Shown here one piece after another: positions 42,035-51,716 of a stretch of DNA of 64,000 nucleotides. The notes under the pieces were generated by a model. That model searched no databases. It was not told the DNA's origin and was given only the letters and a program-made list of their open reading frames with translations. The stretch's first letter is position 1, and each line of letters opens with the position of its first letter. This DNA is from Candidatus Latescibacterota bacterium (GTDB lineage: Bacteria > Latescibacterota > UBA2968 > UBA8231). The stretch is taken from assembly GCA_965219385.1 (NCBI GenBank), contig CBDCNM010000001.1, positions 1,166,631-1,230,630 of the forward strand. The letters run 5' to 3'. A program made the position numbers and the translations under genes.

Positions 42035-42774
42035 TGAAACGCCTCATCGATATCGCCGATCTGCGCGTGGGCTACGGCGAAACCCCGATCCTCGACGGCA
42101 TCGCCCTGCACGTCGACCAGGGGGAGATCGTCGTGATCCTGGGGGGCAGCGGCTGCGGCAAGAGCAGCTTGCTCAAAACCATCATCGGCCTGGTGCCACC
42201 CCAGTCCGGCCGCGTCGAACTCCTGGGACAGGACCTGCCCGCCCTCTCCGCCGCGCACCAGCAAGCCCTGCTCCAGCGCGTCGGGGTCATGTTTCAGTAC
42301 GGGGCCCTGCTCAATTCCCTGACCGTGGGCGAAAACGTCGCCCTGCCGCTCGAAATGCACACCGACCTGGCCCCCGCCTTGGTCGAGGACATCGTGCGCA
42401 CCCGGCTCCACCTGGTGGGCCTGGGCCGCGCCTTTGCCCTTTTGCCGGCCGAGCTTTCCGGGGGCATGCGCAAACGCGCCGCCCTGGCCCGGGCCCTGGC
42501 CCTGGATCCGGCTATCCTCTTGTGCGACGAACCTGGCGCCGGCCTCGATCCCATCACCGCCGCCGGTATCGACCACCTGCTCCTGACCCTCAACCGGAGC
42601 CTGGGCACCACCATCGTCATCGTCACCCACGAGTTGCTCAGCATCCAGCGCCTGGACGGCCGCCTCATCATGCTGGACCAGGGCCGGGTCGCCTTCACCG
42701 GCAGCGTGGCCCAGGCCCGCTCCTCGGACATCCCCCAGGTCGAACGCTTCTTCCGACCCGGAGCCGAAGATTGA
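42034..42774 (+). CDS. MlaF-family ABC ATPase
   Basis: GGSGCGKS, LSGGMRKR, CDEP.AGLDP and VTH; ATG overlaps the upstream TGA. Confidence 0.92.
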   Translation: MKRLIDIADLRVGYGETPILDGIALHVDQGEIVVILGGSGCGKSSLLKTIIGLVPPQSGRVELLGQDLPALSAAHQQALLQRVGVMFQYGALLNSLTVGENVALPLEMHTDLAPALVEDIVRTRLHLVGLGRAFALLPAELSGGMRKRAALARALALDPAILLCDEPGAGLDPITAAGIDHLLLTLNRSLGTTIVIVTHELLSIQRLDGRLIMLDQGRVAFTGSVAQARSSDIPQVERFFRPGAED

Positions 42775-42775
42775 C

Positions 42776-43252
42776 ATGCAAACCATCATCATCGCCGCCC
42801 TCGGCAAAAACAAGGTCATCGGCGACAAAGGCGATATCCCCTGGAGCCACCCTGAGGACCAGCAACGCTTCAAGCGCCTTACCATGGGCCATCCTGTGGT
42901 CATGGGCCGCAAGACCTTCGAATCCCTCCGCCGCCCCCTCGCCGGCCGGCAGAACATCGTCCTGACCCGCCGGCCGGACTACCCGGTCCCGGAGGGGGTA
43001 GTGGTCTTTGCCACCCTGTCCGCGGCGCGCTTGCACTGCCAGGAGGCTCACGCCGAAAAGATGTTCATCATCGGCGGCGCTGAAATTTACCGCCTGGCCC
43101 TCCCCGAAACCGACGAGATGCTGCTGACCCACATCCCCGAGGAGATCGAGGGCGATACCTTCTTTCCCGCGTGGAATGAGCAGGAGTGGGAGGTGGTTGA
43201 CAGTTTCGAAAAGAAGGGATTAAGTTATTGCACCTACCGCCGCAAACGATAA
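42776..43252 (+). CDS. folA: Dihydrofolate reductase
   Basis: VIG.KGDIPW, VMGRKTFES, PL.GRQNIVLT, IGGAEIY and GDTFFP motifs. Confidence 0.95.
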   Translation: MQTIIIAALGKNKVIGDKGDIPWSHPEDQQRFKRLTMGHPVVMGRKTFESLRRPLAGRQNIVLTRRPDYPVPEGVVVFATLSAARLHCQEAHAEKMFIIGGAEIYRLALPETDEMLLTHIPEEIEGDTFFPAWNEQEWEVVDSFEKKGLSYCTYRRKR

Positions 43253-43253
43253 T

Positions 43254-43498
43254 CAGTACTTTGCGAAATACCCGTACCTATTTGGACCTCAAGGCCGGGA
43301 GGGGATGTTGCCGGCAGGGTGTCGGGGGCTGCAAGCAGGCGCAGCAGCTGGAAGGGATGGGGGGGTGGAGCGGGGAAAAGGGGGCTCTGGGGCTCTGGCC
43401 TGCCTGGGAGAGTGGGGAGGGGCAAGAGCGCCCTGGGCCTCATAAAACGCCAGAGGCACAAGCCCCGCACGGCCGCCCACCGATTCCGTGAAGTACTG
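43254..43498. mobile_element. MITE-like non-autonomous element, 245 bp
   Basis: Imperfect 16-bp TIRs CAGTACTTTGCGAAAT / ATTCCGTGAAGTACTG flanked by direct repeat ATAAT (43249-43253 and 43499-43503); G-rich interior. Confidence 0.8.
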
Positions 43499-43522
43499 AT
43501 AATACCCCAGCGAGGTCACCCC

Positions 43523-44725
43523 ATGTTCGAGACCCTGCAAACCGCCCCCCCCGACCCCATCCTGGGCCTCACCGAAGCCTTCGGAAAAGACCCCAACCCG
43601 GCCAAGATCAACCTCGGCGTCGGAGTCTACAAAGACGCCCGGGGCAACACCCCGGTATTCCACTCGGTCAAGCAGGCCGAAGAGCGCATCCTGGCCACGG
43701 AGAAAAGCAAGAGCTACCTGGCCATCGAAGGCGCCCCCGAGTACGGGGCCGCCGTGCAGGAACTCCTCTTCGGCGCCGACCACGAGATCGTCGCCGGCCG
43801 GCGCGCCGTCACCACCCACACCCCGGGCGGCACCGGGGCCCTGCGGGTGGCCGCGGACTTTGTCCGCAAGATGTTTCCCGCTTCCCGCATCTGGCTCAGC
43901 GAGCCCACCTGGGCCAACCACCCCAAGGTCTTCGAGGCCGCCGGCCTGGAGGTAGGCACCTACCCTTATTTCGACCCGGCCACCAATGGTCTGGACCTCG
44001 AGTCCATGCTCGAGACCCTGGACCAACTCCCCGCCGCCGACGTGGTCCTGCTCCACGGCTGTTGCCATAACCCCAGCGGCGTGGATCCCACCCCGGCCCA
44101 GTGGCAACACATCGCCGAGGTGCTCGAGACCCGCCGGCTCCTGCCCCTGGTGGACTTTGCCTACCAGGGCCTGGGCCACGGCCTGGAAGAGGACGCAGCC
44201 GGCCTCCTGGCCCTGTGCCGCCCCAACCTCGAGTTGCTCATCGCCAGTTCTTTTTCCAAGAATTTCGGGCTCTACAACGAGCGTGTGGGCGCCCTCACCC
44301 TGGTGGGCGCCACCTTCCAGGACGCCACCACCGCCCTGGGCCACGTCAAGATCTGCGTCCGCGCCAACTACTCCAATCCCCCGGCCCACGGCTCCGCCCT
44401 GGTGACCACGGTGTTGCAGGACCCCGAGCTGCGCCGGCAGTGGGAAGGCGAAATCACGGCCATGCGCGACCGCATCAACAGCATGCGCCATCTCTTCGTC
44501 GCCACCCTGAAGGAGAAGGGCGTGGAGCGCGACTTTTCCTTCATCGCCCAGCAGCGCGGGATGTTCTCCTTTTCGGGTTTGTCCCCCCAACAGGTGGAGG
44601 CCCTGCGGCGGGATTACTCCATCTACATCGTCGGCTCCGGCCGCATCAACGTCGCCGGCATGACCGGAGAAAACGCGGATGCCCTGTGCACGGCCATTGC
44701 CGCGGTGCTTCAATCTGTAGATTAA
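43523..44725 (+). CDS. Aspartate/aromatic amino acid aminotransferase (AspC/TyrB family)
   Basis: PDPILGL, NLGVGVY, HGCCHNPSG, SFSKNFGLYNER and SGRINVAG; ATG 43523 after a GAGG RBS. Confidence 0.95.
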   Translation: MFETLQTAPPDPILGLTEAFGKDPNPAKINLGVGVYKDARGNTPVFHSVKQAEERILATEKSKSYLAIEGAPEYGAAVQELLFGADHEIVAGRRAVTTHTPGGTGALRVAADFVRKMFPASRIWLSEPTWANHPKVFEAAGLEVGTYPYFDPATNGLDLESMLETLDQLPAADVVLLHGCCHNPSGVDPTPAQWQHIAEVLETRRLLPLVDFAYQGLGHGLEEDAAGLLALCRPNLELLIASSFSKNFGLYNERVGALTLVGATFQDATTALGHVKICVRANYSNPPAHGSALVTTVLQDPELRRQWEGEITAMRDRINSMRHLFVATLKEKGVERDFSFIAQQRGMFSFSGLSPQQVEALRRDYSIYIVGSGRINVAGMTGENADALCTAIAAVLQSVD

Positions 44726-44742
44726 ACATCTCGACCTCCCGA

Positions 44743-45852
44743 CTACTGCACCTCAAAGCTGAAAGCACGGACCACCACAGGGCTGGGACCCAGCTTTTCC
44801 GCGCGACTCGAAAGGGATATCCCGCTCTCCAGAATAAAGCGCTCCCTCTCCCCCAATTGCTCCTCTCCTACCGAGCGCAAAACCCTTATTTCCCCTCCCT
44901 CTCCCATCCTGCTCGTCAAGAACGCGACGAGGGCCTGATCCTGCTTTTCCAATCCCCTGAACCGATCTACTTCCCCTTCGCTTATCAACTTGGCCATGTT
45001 TTCAAACAACTCCTCCCAATCCTCACCCAGGTGCTCTGCCGCAATCAGATAGAGGGTATACACCTTGCCGGATTCACCCACAGTGATCCAATCCTCCTCT
45101 CCCGGGCCGTACTGCCAGCGCCCCCCGTACACCATCTGGCTTGCAAAGACCTCTTCCCGTTCCCCTTCCGAACTGTAGAGAAAACCCCAGACCTGGCAAT
45201 CGGAACCCGTCTTGAAACGGATCTGTAGACGATCCTCAGGCTCCAGCACGACCCCTCCCGCCAGCGCGATCTGCTCATCAAATCCCCCCTCGCTGTGCAG
45301 CCCCAGCAGGTGCAAATCCACATCGACCCGGGCCGGTCCCGGGGCCTGGCCGGGTTCCTGCTTGCTCCTTTCGTCTATCTTGCGCTGCAGATCCTCCCCG
45401 GCCAGGCGCCGGGTACCCGACCCCACCAGGATCCCGCTCGCCCGCTCGATGACGAAGAGCTGTGGATAAACCCAGTTGGCCTGGTCCTGCAGACGGCCCG
45501 CCAGCACCCAAGGTGCGGAGAGATCTTCAAACTCGCTGGCCGGGACCACTTCCCCTTCACCCCACTTTTTATACCCGGCCTCCTCCACCAGGACCAGGGG
45601 CACCCCGACCTGTACCAGAGCCGAAATCAGGTACTCGTCCAGGATCTCGGTGGCCGTGCTGCGCTCGCCCTCCTCGTTGCGGAAACCCAGCATTGCCACC
45701 TCTTCATCCCCCTCCAGCCGGGCGGCCACCTGTGCCAGCTCGTCCATGGCCTTGGCCAGCCGCTCCCCCGGGTCCGGACCGCGTCTCCAGGGCGCACAGG
45801 CCTGGAGCCCGCACAGCCCCAGGACGACCAACAGGAACAGGTGTTTTATCAT
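44743..45852 (-). CDS. Lipoprotein of unknown function (possible FlgO/CsgG-like plus DUF4384-like domains)
   Basis: Lipobox LQAC; acidic composition; domain guesses are tentative. Confidence 0.6.
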   Translation of the reverse strand: MIKHLFLLVVLGLCGLQACAPWRRGPDPGERLAKAMDELAQVAARLEGDEEVAMLGFRNEEGERSTATEILDEYLISALVQVGVPLVLVEEAGYKKWGEGEVVPASEFEDLSAPWVLAGRLQDQANWVYPQLFVIERASGILVGSGTRRLAGEDLQRKIDERSKQEPGQAPGPARVDVDLHLLGLHSEGGFDEQIALAGGVVLEPEDRLQIRFKTGSDCQVWGFLYSSEGEREEVFASQMVYGGRWQYGPGEEDWITVGESGKVYTLYLIAAEHLGEDWEELFENMAKLISEGEVDRFRGLEKQDQALVAFLTSRMGEGGEIRVLRSVGEEQLGERERFILESGISLSSRAEKLGPSPVVVRAFSFEVQ

Positions 45853-46100
45853 CTTTTTCCGTCCGCTTTATCAATCCGTTCCAGAGCCGGTAAAACCTGG
45901 CGGCTGTCGTAGACCACCTCCCCCTCCACTCCCAGGGGCAAATCCGCGTCGGATTCGGCCAGCGGCCCCAGAAGAATGGTGCGTTCGATCCTCTTGGCAT
46001 ACTCCGGGGCTATGATCAAACCCTGCAGAACCGCTCCGATCCGATACCCCCGGCCTGCCTGGTGCACTGCCTCGTGGGTGACGTGGATCACAGAAGCCAT
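45849..46100 (-). pseudogene. Probable truncated N-terminal fragment of a glycosyltransferase-like protein
   Basis: GAGGTG RBS; IHVTHEA....IGAVLQGL...RTILLGP resembles the start of glycogen-synthase-like GT-B proteins, but the ORF ends at 83 aa. Confidence 0.45.
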
Positions 46101-46239
46101 AGGTTCACCTCGTTTATCTAGACGTGAATAATACGATTCCGCGGAGGGCTTGTCTACTCTTCCATTGCCGTGTTTTTTCTCTGCTTGTGTCCGGGAGCCT
46201 GGTGCACCTATCTTTCTTGGGTAGAGGAGTACAGCGAGC

Positions 46240-47166
46240 GTGAGTCATCAGCGGAATCCGAAAAAGATTGATCGCTTGGTGGAAAGTCTGCCGACCAGGA
46301 CCTTCGCCGGCCTGGTAGACCGGGCCCTGGCCGAAGATCTCGCCACCCCGAAGCCCACTCCCGAAGCCGATCGGACCACCCACTGGATCGTGCCGCAACA
46401 GACCAGGGTCCGGGCCCGCATCCTCGCCCGGCAACAAGGGGTGGTCGCCGGCCTGGAGGTGGCGCGGGCCGTATTCGCCAAACTGGATCCGGACCTGGCC
46501 TTTGAGACCGAGGTGGCGGAAGGCAGTCCGGTAGGCGCCGGTTCTACCCTGATCCGCCTCGAGGGCTGTGCCCGGGCCCTGCTCACCGGCGAACGCACCG
46601 CCCTCAACTTTCTGCAGCATCTGTCCGGTATCGCTACCCTGACCCGGAAATTCGTCGGGGCCATAGACGGCACCTCCGCCCGGGTCACCGACACCCGCAA
46701 GACCATCCCGGGCCTGCGCCAGCTGGAAAAGTACGCGGTGCGCCTGGGCGGCGGTATCAATCACCGCATGGGTCTTTACGATGCCGTGTTGATCAAGGAG
46801 AATCACGCAGCTTTGGTGGGCGGCCCCGGAAAGGCCGTCGAGCGGGCCCACCAGGCCGCCGCCCGGCACCAGCAGGGGGGGGGGATCCGCATTTTTGTGG
46901 AGACCCGCAACCTGGACGAGGTCCGCAGTGTCCTGGCCGGGCAACCGGATCGCATCATGCTGGACAATATGGCCCCCGCCACCATGCGCCAGGCCGTCCA
47001 GTTCATCCGCCAGAGCGCTCCGCACATCGAGATCGAGGCCACGGGCGGCATCACCATGGACAATGTGCGCCCGATCGCCCGGACCGGGGTCGACCTGATT
47101 TCCATCGGCGCTCTGACCCATTCGGCCCCGGCCCTGGATCTGAGTTTGCTCTTCGACGGGGGGTAG
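46240..47166 (+). CDS. nadC: Quinolinate phosphoribosyltransferase
   Basis: ERTALNFLQHLSGIAT, DTRKTIPG, HRMGLYD.VLIKENH, IMLDN and GALTHS motifs. Confidence 0.97.
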   Translation: MSHQRNPKKIDRLVESLPTRTFAGLVDRALAEDLATPKPTPEADRTTHWIVPQQTRVRARILARQQGVVAGLEVARAVFAKLDPDLAFETEVAEGSPVGAGSTLIRLEGCARALLTGERTALNFLQHLSGIATLTRKFVGAIDGTSARVTDTRKTIPGLRQLEKYAVRLGGGINHRMGLYDAVLIKENHAALVGGPGKAVERAHQAAARHQQGGGIRIFVETRNLDEVRSVLAGQPDRIMLDNMAPATMRQAVQFIRQSAPHIEIEATGGITMDNVRPIARTGVDLISIGALTHSAPALDLSLLFDGG

Positions 47167-47229
47167 GCTGTACGCGCCCATACGGAAATCCCGGCCGTGG
47201 GCCCCAGCGGGGCCGGGCTGGCAGGGGTT

Positions 47230-49482
47230 TTAAGAAGGCCAGCTCCCCGGATCGCCCTTGCCTCCACCCACGGCCATCACCGCCGTCGTGGTCTGCTGGG
47301 TCGTGACCAGGTTGTAGAAAATCCCCTCGCGCGCCATCAACTCCTCGTGGGTGCCCACCTCGGCGATGCGCCCCCCGTCCAGCACCACCAGCCGGTCGGC
47401 GTTGCGCAGGGTGGAAAGCCGGTGGGCGATTGCAAAGGTGGTGCGGCCCTGGACCAGCCGGGCAATGGCCTCCTGCAACTTCTTTTCAGTCGGGGTGTCC
47501 ACCGAGGAGGTGGCCTCGTCGAGGATCAGGATCCTGGGATCGTGCAGAATGGCCCGGGCAATGGCGATCCGCTGTTTTTCCCCGCCCGACAGCTTGCCCC
47601 CGCGCTCCCCTACCAGGGTATCGTAGCCATCCGGCCGAGCGCTGATGAACTCGTGGGCATTGGCCGCCCGCGCCGCCCGCACGACCTCGGTGAAATCCGC
47701 CTCCTGTTTACCGTAGCCGATATTCTCGGCGATGCTACCGTTGAAGAGAAAGGACTCCTGGGCCACCATGCCGATCTGACGCCTCAGATCGGTCAGGCGG
47801 ATCTTGCGGATATCCATCCCATCCACCTCCAGAGAGCCCCGATCCACATCGTAGAACCGGCAGATCAGGTTGATCACCGTGGACTTGCCCACTCCGGAGC
47901 GGCCCACCAGGCCGATCATCTCCCCGGGCTCGACCTCCAGGTCGATCTCCTCGAGCACGGGCTTGCCCGGATCGTAGCCAAAGCTGACCTTGTCGAAGCG
48001 CACCCGTCCCTGTAACCGGGCCAGGGGGACGGCCTCGGGGTCCTCGAAGGACTCGGGCCGGGCGTCGATGATCTCGAAGATCCGTTCGGCCCCGGCAAAG
48101 GCCCGGGTCATGTGGTTGTTGATGCCGCTGAAAAACTGGAGGGGCCGGTAGAGCTGCCAGATATAACTGATAAAGGCGATCAAGACCCCCAGCTTGAGTT
48201 CGCCGGCCAGGATCTGCCGCCCGCCGAAGTACCAGACGAAAAAGATGCCGAAGCTCATCAAAAAGCTCATCACCGCGGAAAAAACCAGCCAGGCCCGCTC
48301 GCCGCTTACCGAAGCCTGGCGCAACTCGTCGTTGCGCTGGTTGAAGCGTTGCTCTTCGCGCGCCTCCTGGGCAAAGGCCTTGACCACCCGGATCCCCGAG
48401 ATGGACTCGTTGAGATGAATGGAGAGCCGCGACCACTTGGCCGACCATCGCTTCCAGACCCGCCGCAGCTGCTCCCACCTTTTGAAGGTGCCCCACACGA
48501 TCAGGGGCAGGGGCAGCAGGACGTAGAGGGTGAGGACCCAGTTCATGTAGAGCAGGAGCCCCAGAATCCCTACCAGCATCAGGGCGTTGGTGAGCACAAA
48601 GGGAATTTGAAAAAGCAGGAACCTCTCCAGGCGATCAGCATCGTTGAGGAAACGGGAGATCAGGTTGCCGATTTGGCGCTTGTCGTAGAACCTCAAAGGC
48701 AGGAACTGGAGACGCTGGTAGAGCCGGGAGCGCACGTCCCTGCTGGTCCAGCTCGACAGATCCGCGCGCAGAAAACCATTGGCCAGTTCCAGGCACCAGC
48801 TCAATAGACGTATGGCCAGGAGGCCCCCGACAAACCAGGCCAGAAGCCCCATACCCGCCCTGGGCGTGAGCACATCGTCGATGATGCGCTGAACCACCAG
48901 GGGCGGCAGCAACCCCAGGCCCGTGGTGGCCAGCGTAACCGCCATCAGCACCACGACCCGGCCCCGGTAGGGCCTCAGGAAAAAGGCGATCCGCTTCAAG
49001 GTTTCCCACTTCTCGATGCAGAACGGACAGATCCCGTCCTTCTCCGGCAGCCAGCGGCCACATCTCTCGCACCGGGTCCGCTCCACCTCGGTGGGCAGGC
49101 TCAAAGGCTCTTGTTTGGACAACTGCCGGATGCCTCCGGCCACCTCCGCGAACTTGGCGCTTAAAGAACTGGAGTAGTGGAGACTGAGCAAAGGCTCCTC
49201 CTTGCGCTCCACCTCCAGACGGGCGCCCCCGACCAGATCCCGGATCTGGACCTGGTTCACCTGCTCCAGCGGCACCTCCACCACCCCGTCCGGGCCGTCC
49301 TCGGAGATGAAGAACAGCCGCTTTTCCGTGACCACCAGCCAGCGCTCCCCAAAGCGGCGCTCGTCCGCCATGTCCGCGGCCACCTGGATCCGCACCGCCT
49401 CTTCGGGTGGTTTCAAGCCCTTCAGCTTGCCTTCCACTGCAGGAGGCAAGCTTTCCATAAAAGGTTCCATGGGATAAGTCAA
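47230..49482 (-). CDS. ABC exporter (TMD+NBD) with N-terminal extra domain and CxxC-CxxC motif
   Basis: GRSGVGKS, LSGGEKQR, ILDEATSS, AHRLST; CERC...CPFC. Confidence 0.92.
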   Translation of the reverse strand: MTYPMEPFMESLPPAVEGKLKGLKPPEEAVRIQVAADMADERRFGERWLVVTEKRLFFISEDGPDGVVEVPLEQVNQVQIRDLVGGARLEVERKEEPLLSLHYSSSLSAKFAEVAGGIRQLSKQEPLSLPTEVERTRCERCGRWLPEKDGICPFCIEKWETLKRIAFFLRPYRGRVVVLMAVTLATTGLGLLPPLVVQRIIDDVLTPRAGMGLLAWFVGGLLAIRLLSWCLELANGFLRADLSSWTSRDVRSRLYQRLQFLPLRFYDKRQIGNLISRFLNDADRLERFLLFQIPFVLTNALMLVGILGLLLYMNWVLTLYVLLPLPLIVWGTFKRWEQLRRVWKRWSAKWSRLSIHLNESISGIRVVKAFAQEAREEQRFNQRNDELRQASVSGERAWLVFSAVMSFLMSFGIFFVWYFGGRQILAGELKLGVLIAFISYIWQLYRPLQFFSGINNHMTRAFAGAERIFEIIDARPESFEDPEAVPLARLQGRVRFDKVSFGYDPGKPVLEEIDLEVEPGEMIGLVGRSGVGKSTVINLICRFYDVDRGSLEVDGMDIRKIRLTDLRRQIGMVAQESFLFNGSIAENIGYGKQEADFTEVVRAARAANAHEFISARPDGYDTLVGERGGKLSGGEKQRIAIARAILHDPRILILDEATSSVDTPTEKKLQEAIARLVQGRTTFAIAHRLSTLRNADRLVVLDGGRIAEVGTHEELMAREGIFYNLVTTQQTTTAVMAVGGGKGDPGSWPS

Positions 49483-51716
49483 TCCTTCACCGCTATGATT
49501 TCCGCTACTTCTTGCTGCAGCTTCACCAACTCGTAGAACGCCCCTTCTCTGGCCATGAGTTGGTCGTGGGTGCCCACCTCGACGATGCGCCCCCCGTCCA
49601 GCACCACCAGCCGGTCGGCGTTGCGCAAGGTCGACAGCCGGTGGGCAATCGCAAAGGTGGTGCGTCCCTTCACCAGCTGGGCAATGGCTTCCTGGATCTG
49701 CTTTTCGGTCTCCACGTCCACCGACGAGGTGGCCTCGTCAAGGATGAGGATTTTGGGGTCGTGCAGCACTGCCCGGGCAATGGCGATGCGCTGTTTTTCC
49801 CCGCCCGAAAGACCCCCGCCGCGCTCCCCTACTTGGGTGTCGTACCCGTCGGGTTTGGCCGTGATGAAGGGATGGGCATTGGCGGCCCGGGCCGCGGCCA
49901 TGATCTCCCCGAAGGAGGCTTCGGGCTTGCCGTAGCTGATGTTCTCGGCGATGGTGCCGCTGAACAACACCGGCTCCTGGGGCACGATGCCGATCTGCCG
50001 CCGCAACTCCTCCAGGCGGATCTTGCGGATATCCACCCCATCGATCTCGATGGCGCCGCGATCCACCTCGTAGAACCGGGCGACCAGGTTCACGGTGGTG
50101 GTCTTGCCTACCCCGGACTTGCCCACCAGGCCGATCATCTCGCCCGGCGCCGCCTCCAGGTCCATTTCCTGGAGCACGGGCTTGCTCTTGTCGTAGCCGA
50201 AGGTGACCCGGAGAAACCTCACCTTGCCCTCCATCCGGGGCAGGGCCACGGCCTGGGGATCCTCGTAGGCTTCGGGGGTGGTGTCAATGACCTCGAAGAT
50301 GCGCTCGGCCCCGGCAAAGGCCCGCGTCATCCACGAATTGACCTGGGCAAACCACTCCAGGGGCCCGTACACCAGCCACATATAGGCGTAAAACGCCAGC
50401 AGGGCGCCGATGGTGAGTTCGTCCCTGAGCACTTCCCAGCTCCCGAAGAACCAGATGATCAGCATCCCGAACCCGGTAACCAGCCCCATGGTCGACCACA
50501 ACACGAACCAGTTGCGCGCCGTCCTGCGGCTGATCTGCCCCAGTTCCCGGTTCTTTTCCTCAAAGGCATCCACCTCCCGGTGTTCCTGGGCAAAGGCCTT
50601 GACCACGCGGATGCCGTTGAGGGCTTCGTTGAGGCGCGTACTCAGGCTCGACCACCCGTGCCCGTACTTGTGGAAGATGCCTCTCATGCGCCGCCAGAAC
50701 AGGACGCTCCAGAACAAGATCAGCGGGATCGGCACCAGGATGTAGAGGGTGAGCTTCCAGCTCATGAAAAACAAAAAGCCCAGTATGCCCACGATCATCA
50801 GGGCATTGATGATCAGGTAGGGCAACCCTTCCACCAGGAAGTCCTGCAGCATCTCCGCATCCCGCGTCACCCGCGAAATCAGGGAACCGACCTGGCGCTT
50901 GTCGTAAAACTGCATCGACAGCATCTCCAGCCGGCGGTAGAGCTGGCTCCGAATATCCGCGGTCACCCGGGCGCTCAGCCAGGCCATGGTCCAGCCGTGC
51001 GCCAGCTCCGTGCACCAGTTCCACACCCTCACCCCCACCAGGGCCAGGACCAGCAAGCCCAGCAGGATCAGGCGCTGGTCCACCTCGACGCTGGCCTCTT
51101 CGACCGGTACCAGGACCTCGTCCACCAGGCGCTTGGTGATCAGGGGCGGCAGCAGTTCGGCCAGGGCCGTGGCCACCGAGGCCAGGGCCAGGAAGGCAGC
51201 CTTGCCCTTGTGGGGCTTCATGTAGGAGACGATGCGCGCCAGGGTGCTGAAGCGGTGGATACAGGCCGGACAGAGCCCGTTTTTTTCGGGCAGGAGCCGG
51301 CCGCACTTCTCGCAGCGGATGCGGTCCAGCTGGGCGCTGATCTGGAAGGGCTCTGCGCTGCGGAGCTGTTCGATGCCCCTGGCCACTTCCGCGAACTTGA
51401 CACTCAGGGAGCTGGAGTAGGGCACCAGGATGGGCGGCCCATCCTGGCGCTGCAGCTCCAGCTGGCTGCCCCCTACCAGGGCTTCATTCTCTACTGCGGC
51501 CAGTTCCCCCACGGGTATTTCCCGGGCCCCGCCCCTGCTCCCGACCGGCACCACCAGCACCCGGCTACCGGTGACCACCACCCACTGGGCACCGAAACGC
51601 CCATCCGCATCCAGATCCGCCGACACCCGCATCAGCATCTCTTCATCGCCGGGGATCAGGGCTTCTATCTTCTCGGCCACGGGCCCTGAAACTGGATCCA
51701 GGAGTTTCATCCTCAA
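49479..51716 (-). CDS. ABC exporter (TMD+NBD), paralogue of the adjacent gene
   Basis: GKSGVGKT, LSGGEKQR, ILDEATSS; CEKC...CPAC. Confidence 0.92.
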   Translation of the reverse strand: MRMKLLDPVSGPVAEKIEALIPGDEEMLMRVSADLDADGRFGAQWVVVTGSRVLVVPVGSRGGAREIPVGELAAVENEALVGGSQLELQRQDGPPILVPYSSSLSVKFAEVARGIEQLRSAEPFQISAQLDRIRCEKCGRLLPEKNGLCPACIHRFSTLARIVSYMKPHKGKAAFLALASVATALAELLPPLITKRLVDEVLVPVEEASVEVDQRLILLGLLVLALVGVRVWNWCTELAHGWTMAWLSARVTADIRSQLYRRLEMLSMQFYDKRQVGSLISRVTRDAEMLQDFLVEGLPYLIINALMIVGILGFLFFMSWKLTLYILVPIPLILFWSVLFWRRMRGIFHKYGHGWSSLSTRLNEALNGIRVVKAFAQEHREVDAFEEKNRELGQISRRTARNWFVLWSTMGLVTGFGMLIIWFFGSWEVLRDELTIGALLAFYAYMWLVYGPLEWFAQVNSWMTRAFAGAERIFEVIDTTPEAYEDPQAVALPRMEGKVRFLRVTFGYDKSKPVLQEMDLEAAPGEMIGLVGKSGVGKTTTVNLVARFYEVDRGAIEIDGVDIRKIRLEELRRQIGIVPQEPVLFSGTIAENISYGKPEASFGEIMAAARAANAHPFITAKPDGYDTQVGERGGGLSGGEKQRIAIARAVLHDPKILILDEATSSVDVETEKQIQEAIAQLVKGRTTFAIAHRLSTLRNADRLVVLDGGRIVEVGTHDQLMAREGAFYELVKLQQEVAEIIAVKD

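Noticed and set aside
43319..43522. N-terminal extension of the aminotransferase
   Set aside because: Lies within the MITE; family similarity and an RBS point to ATG 43523.
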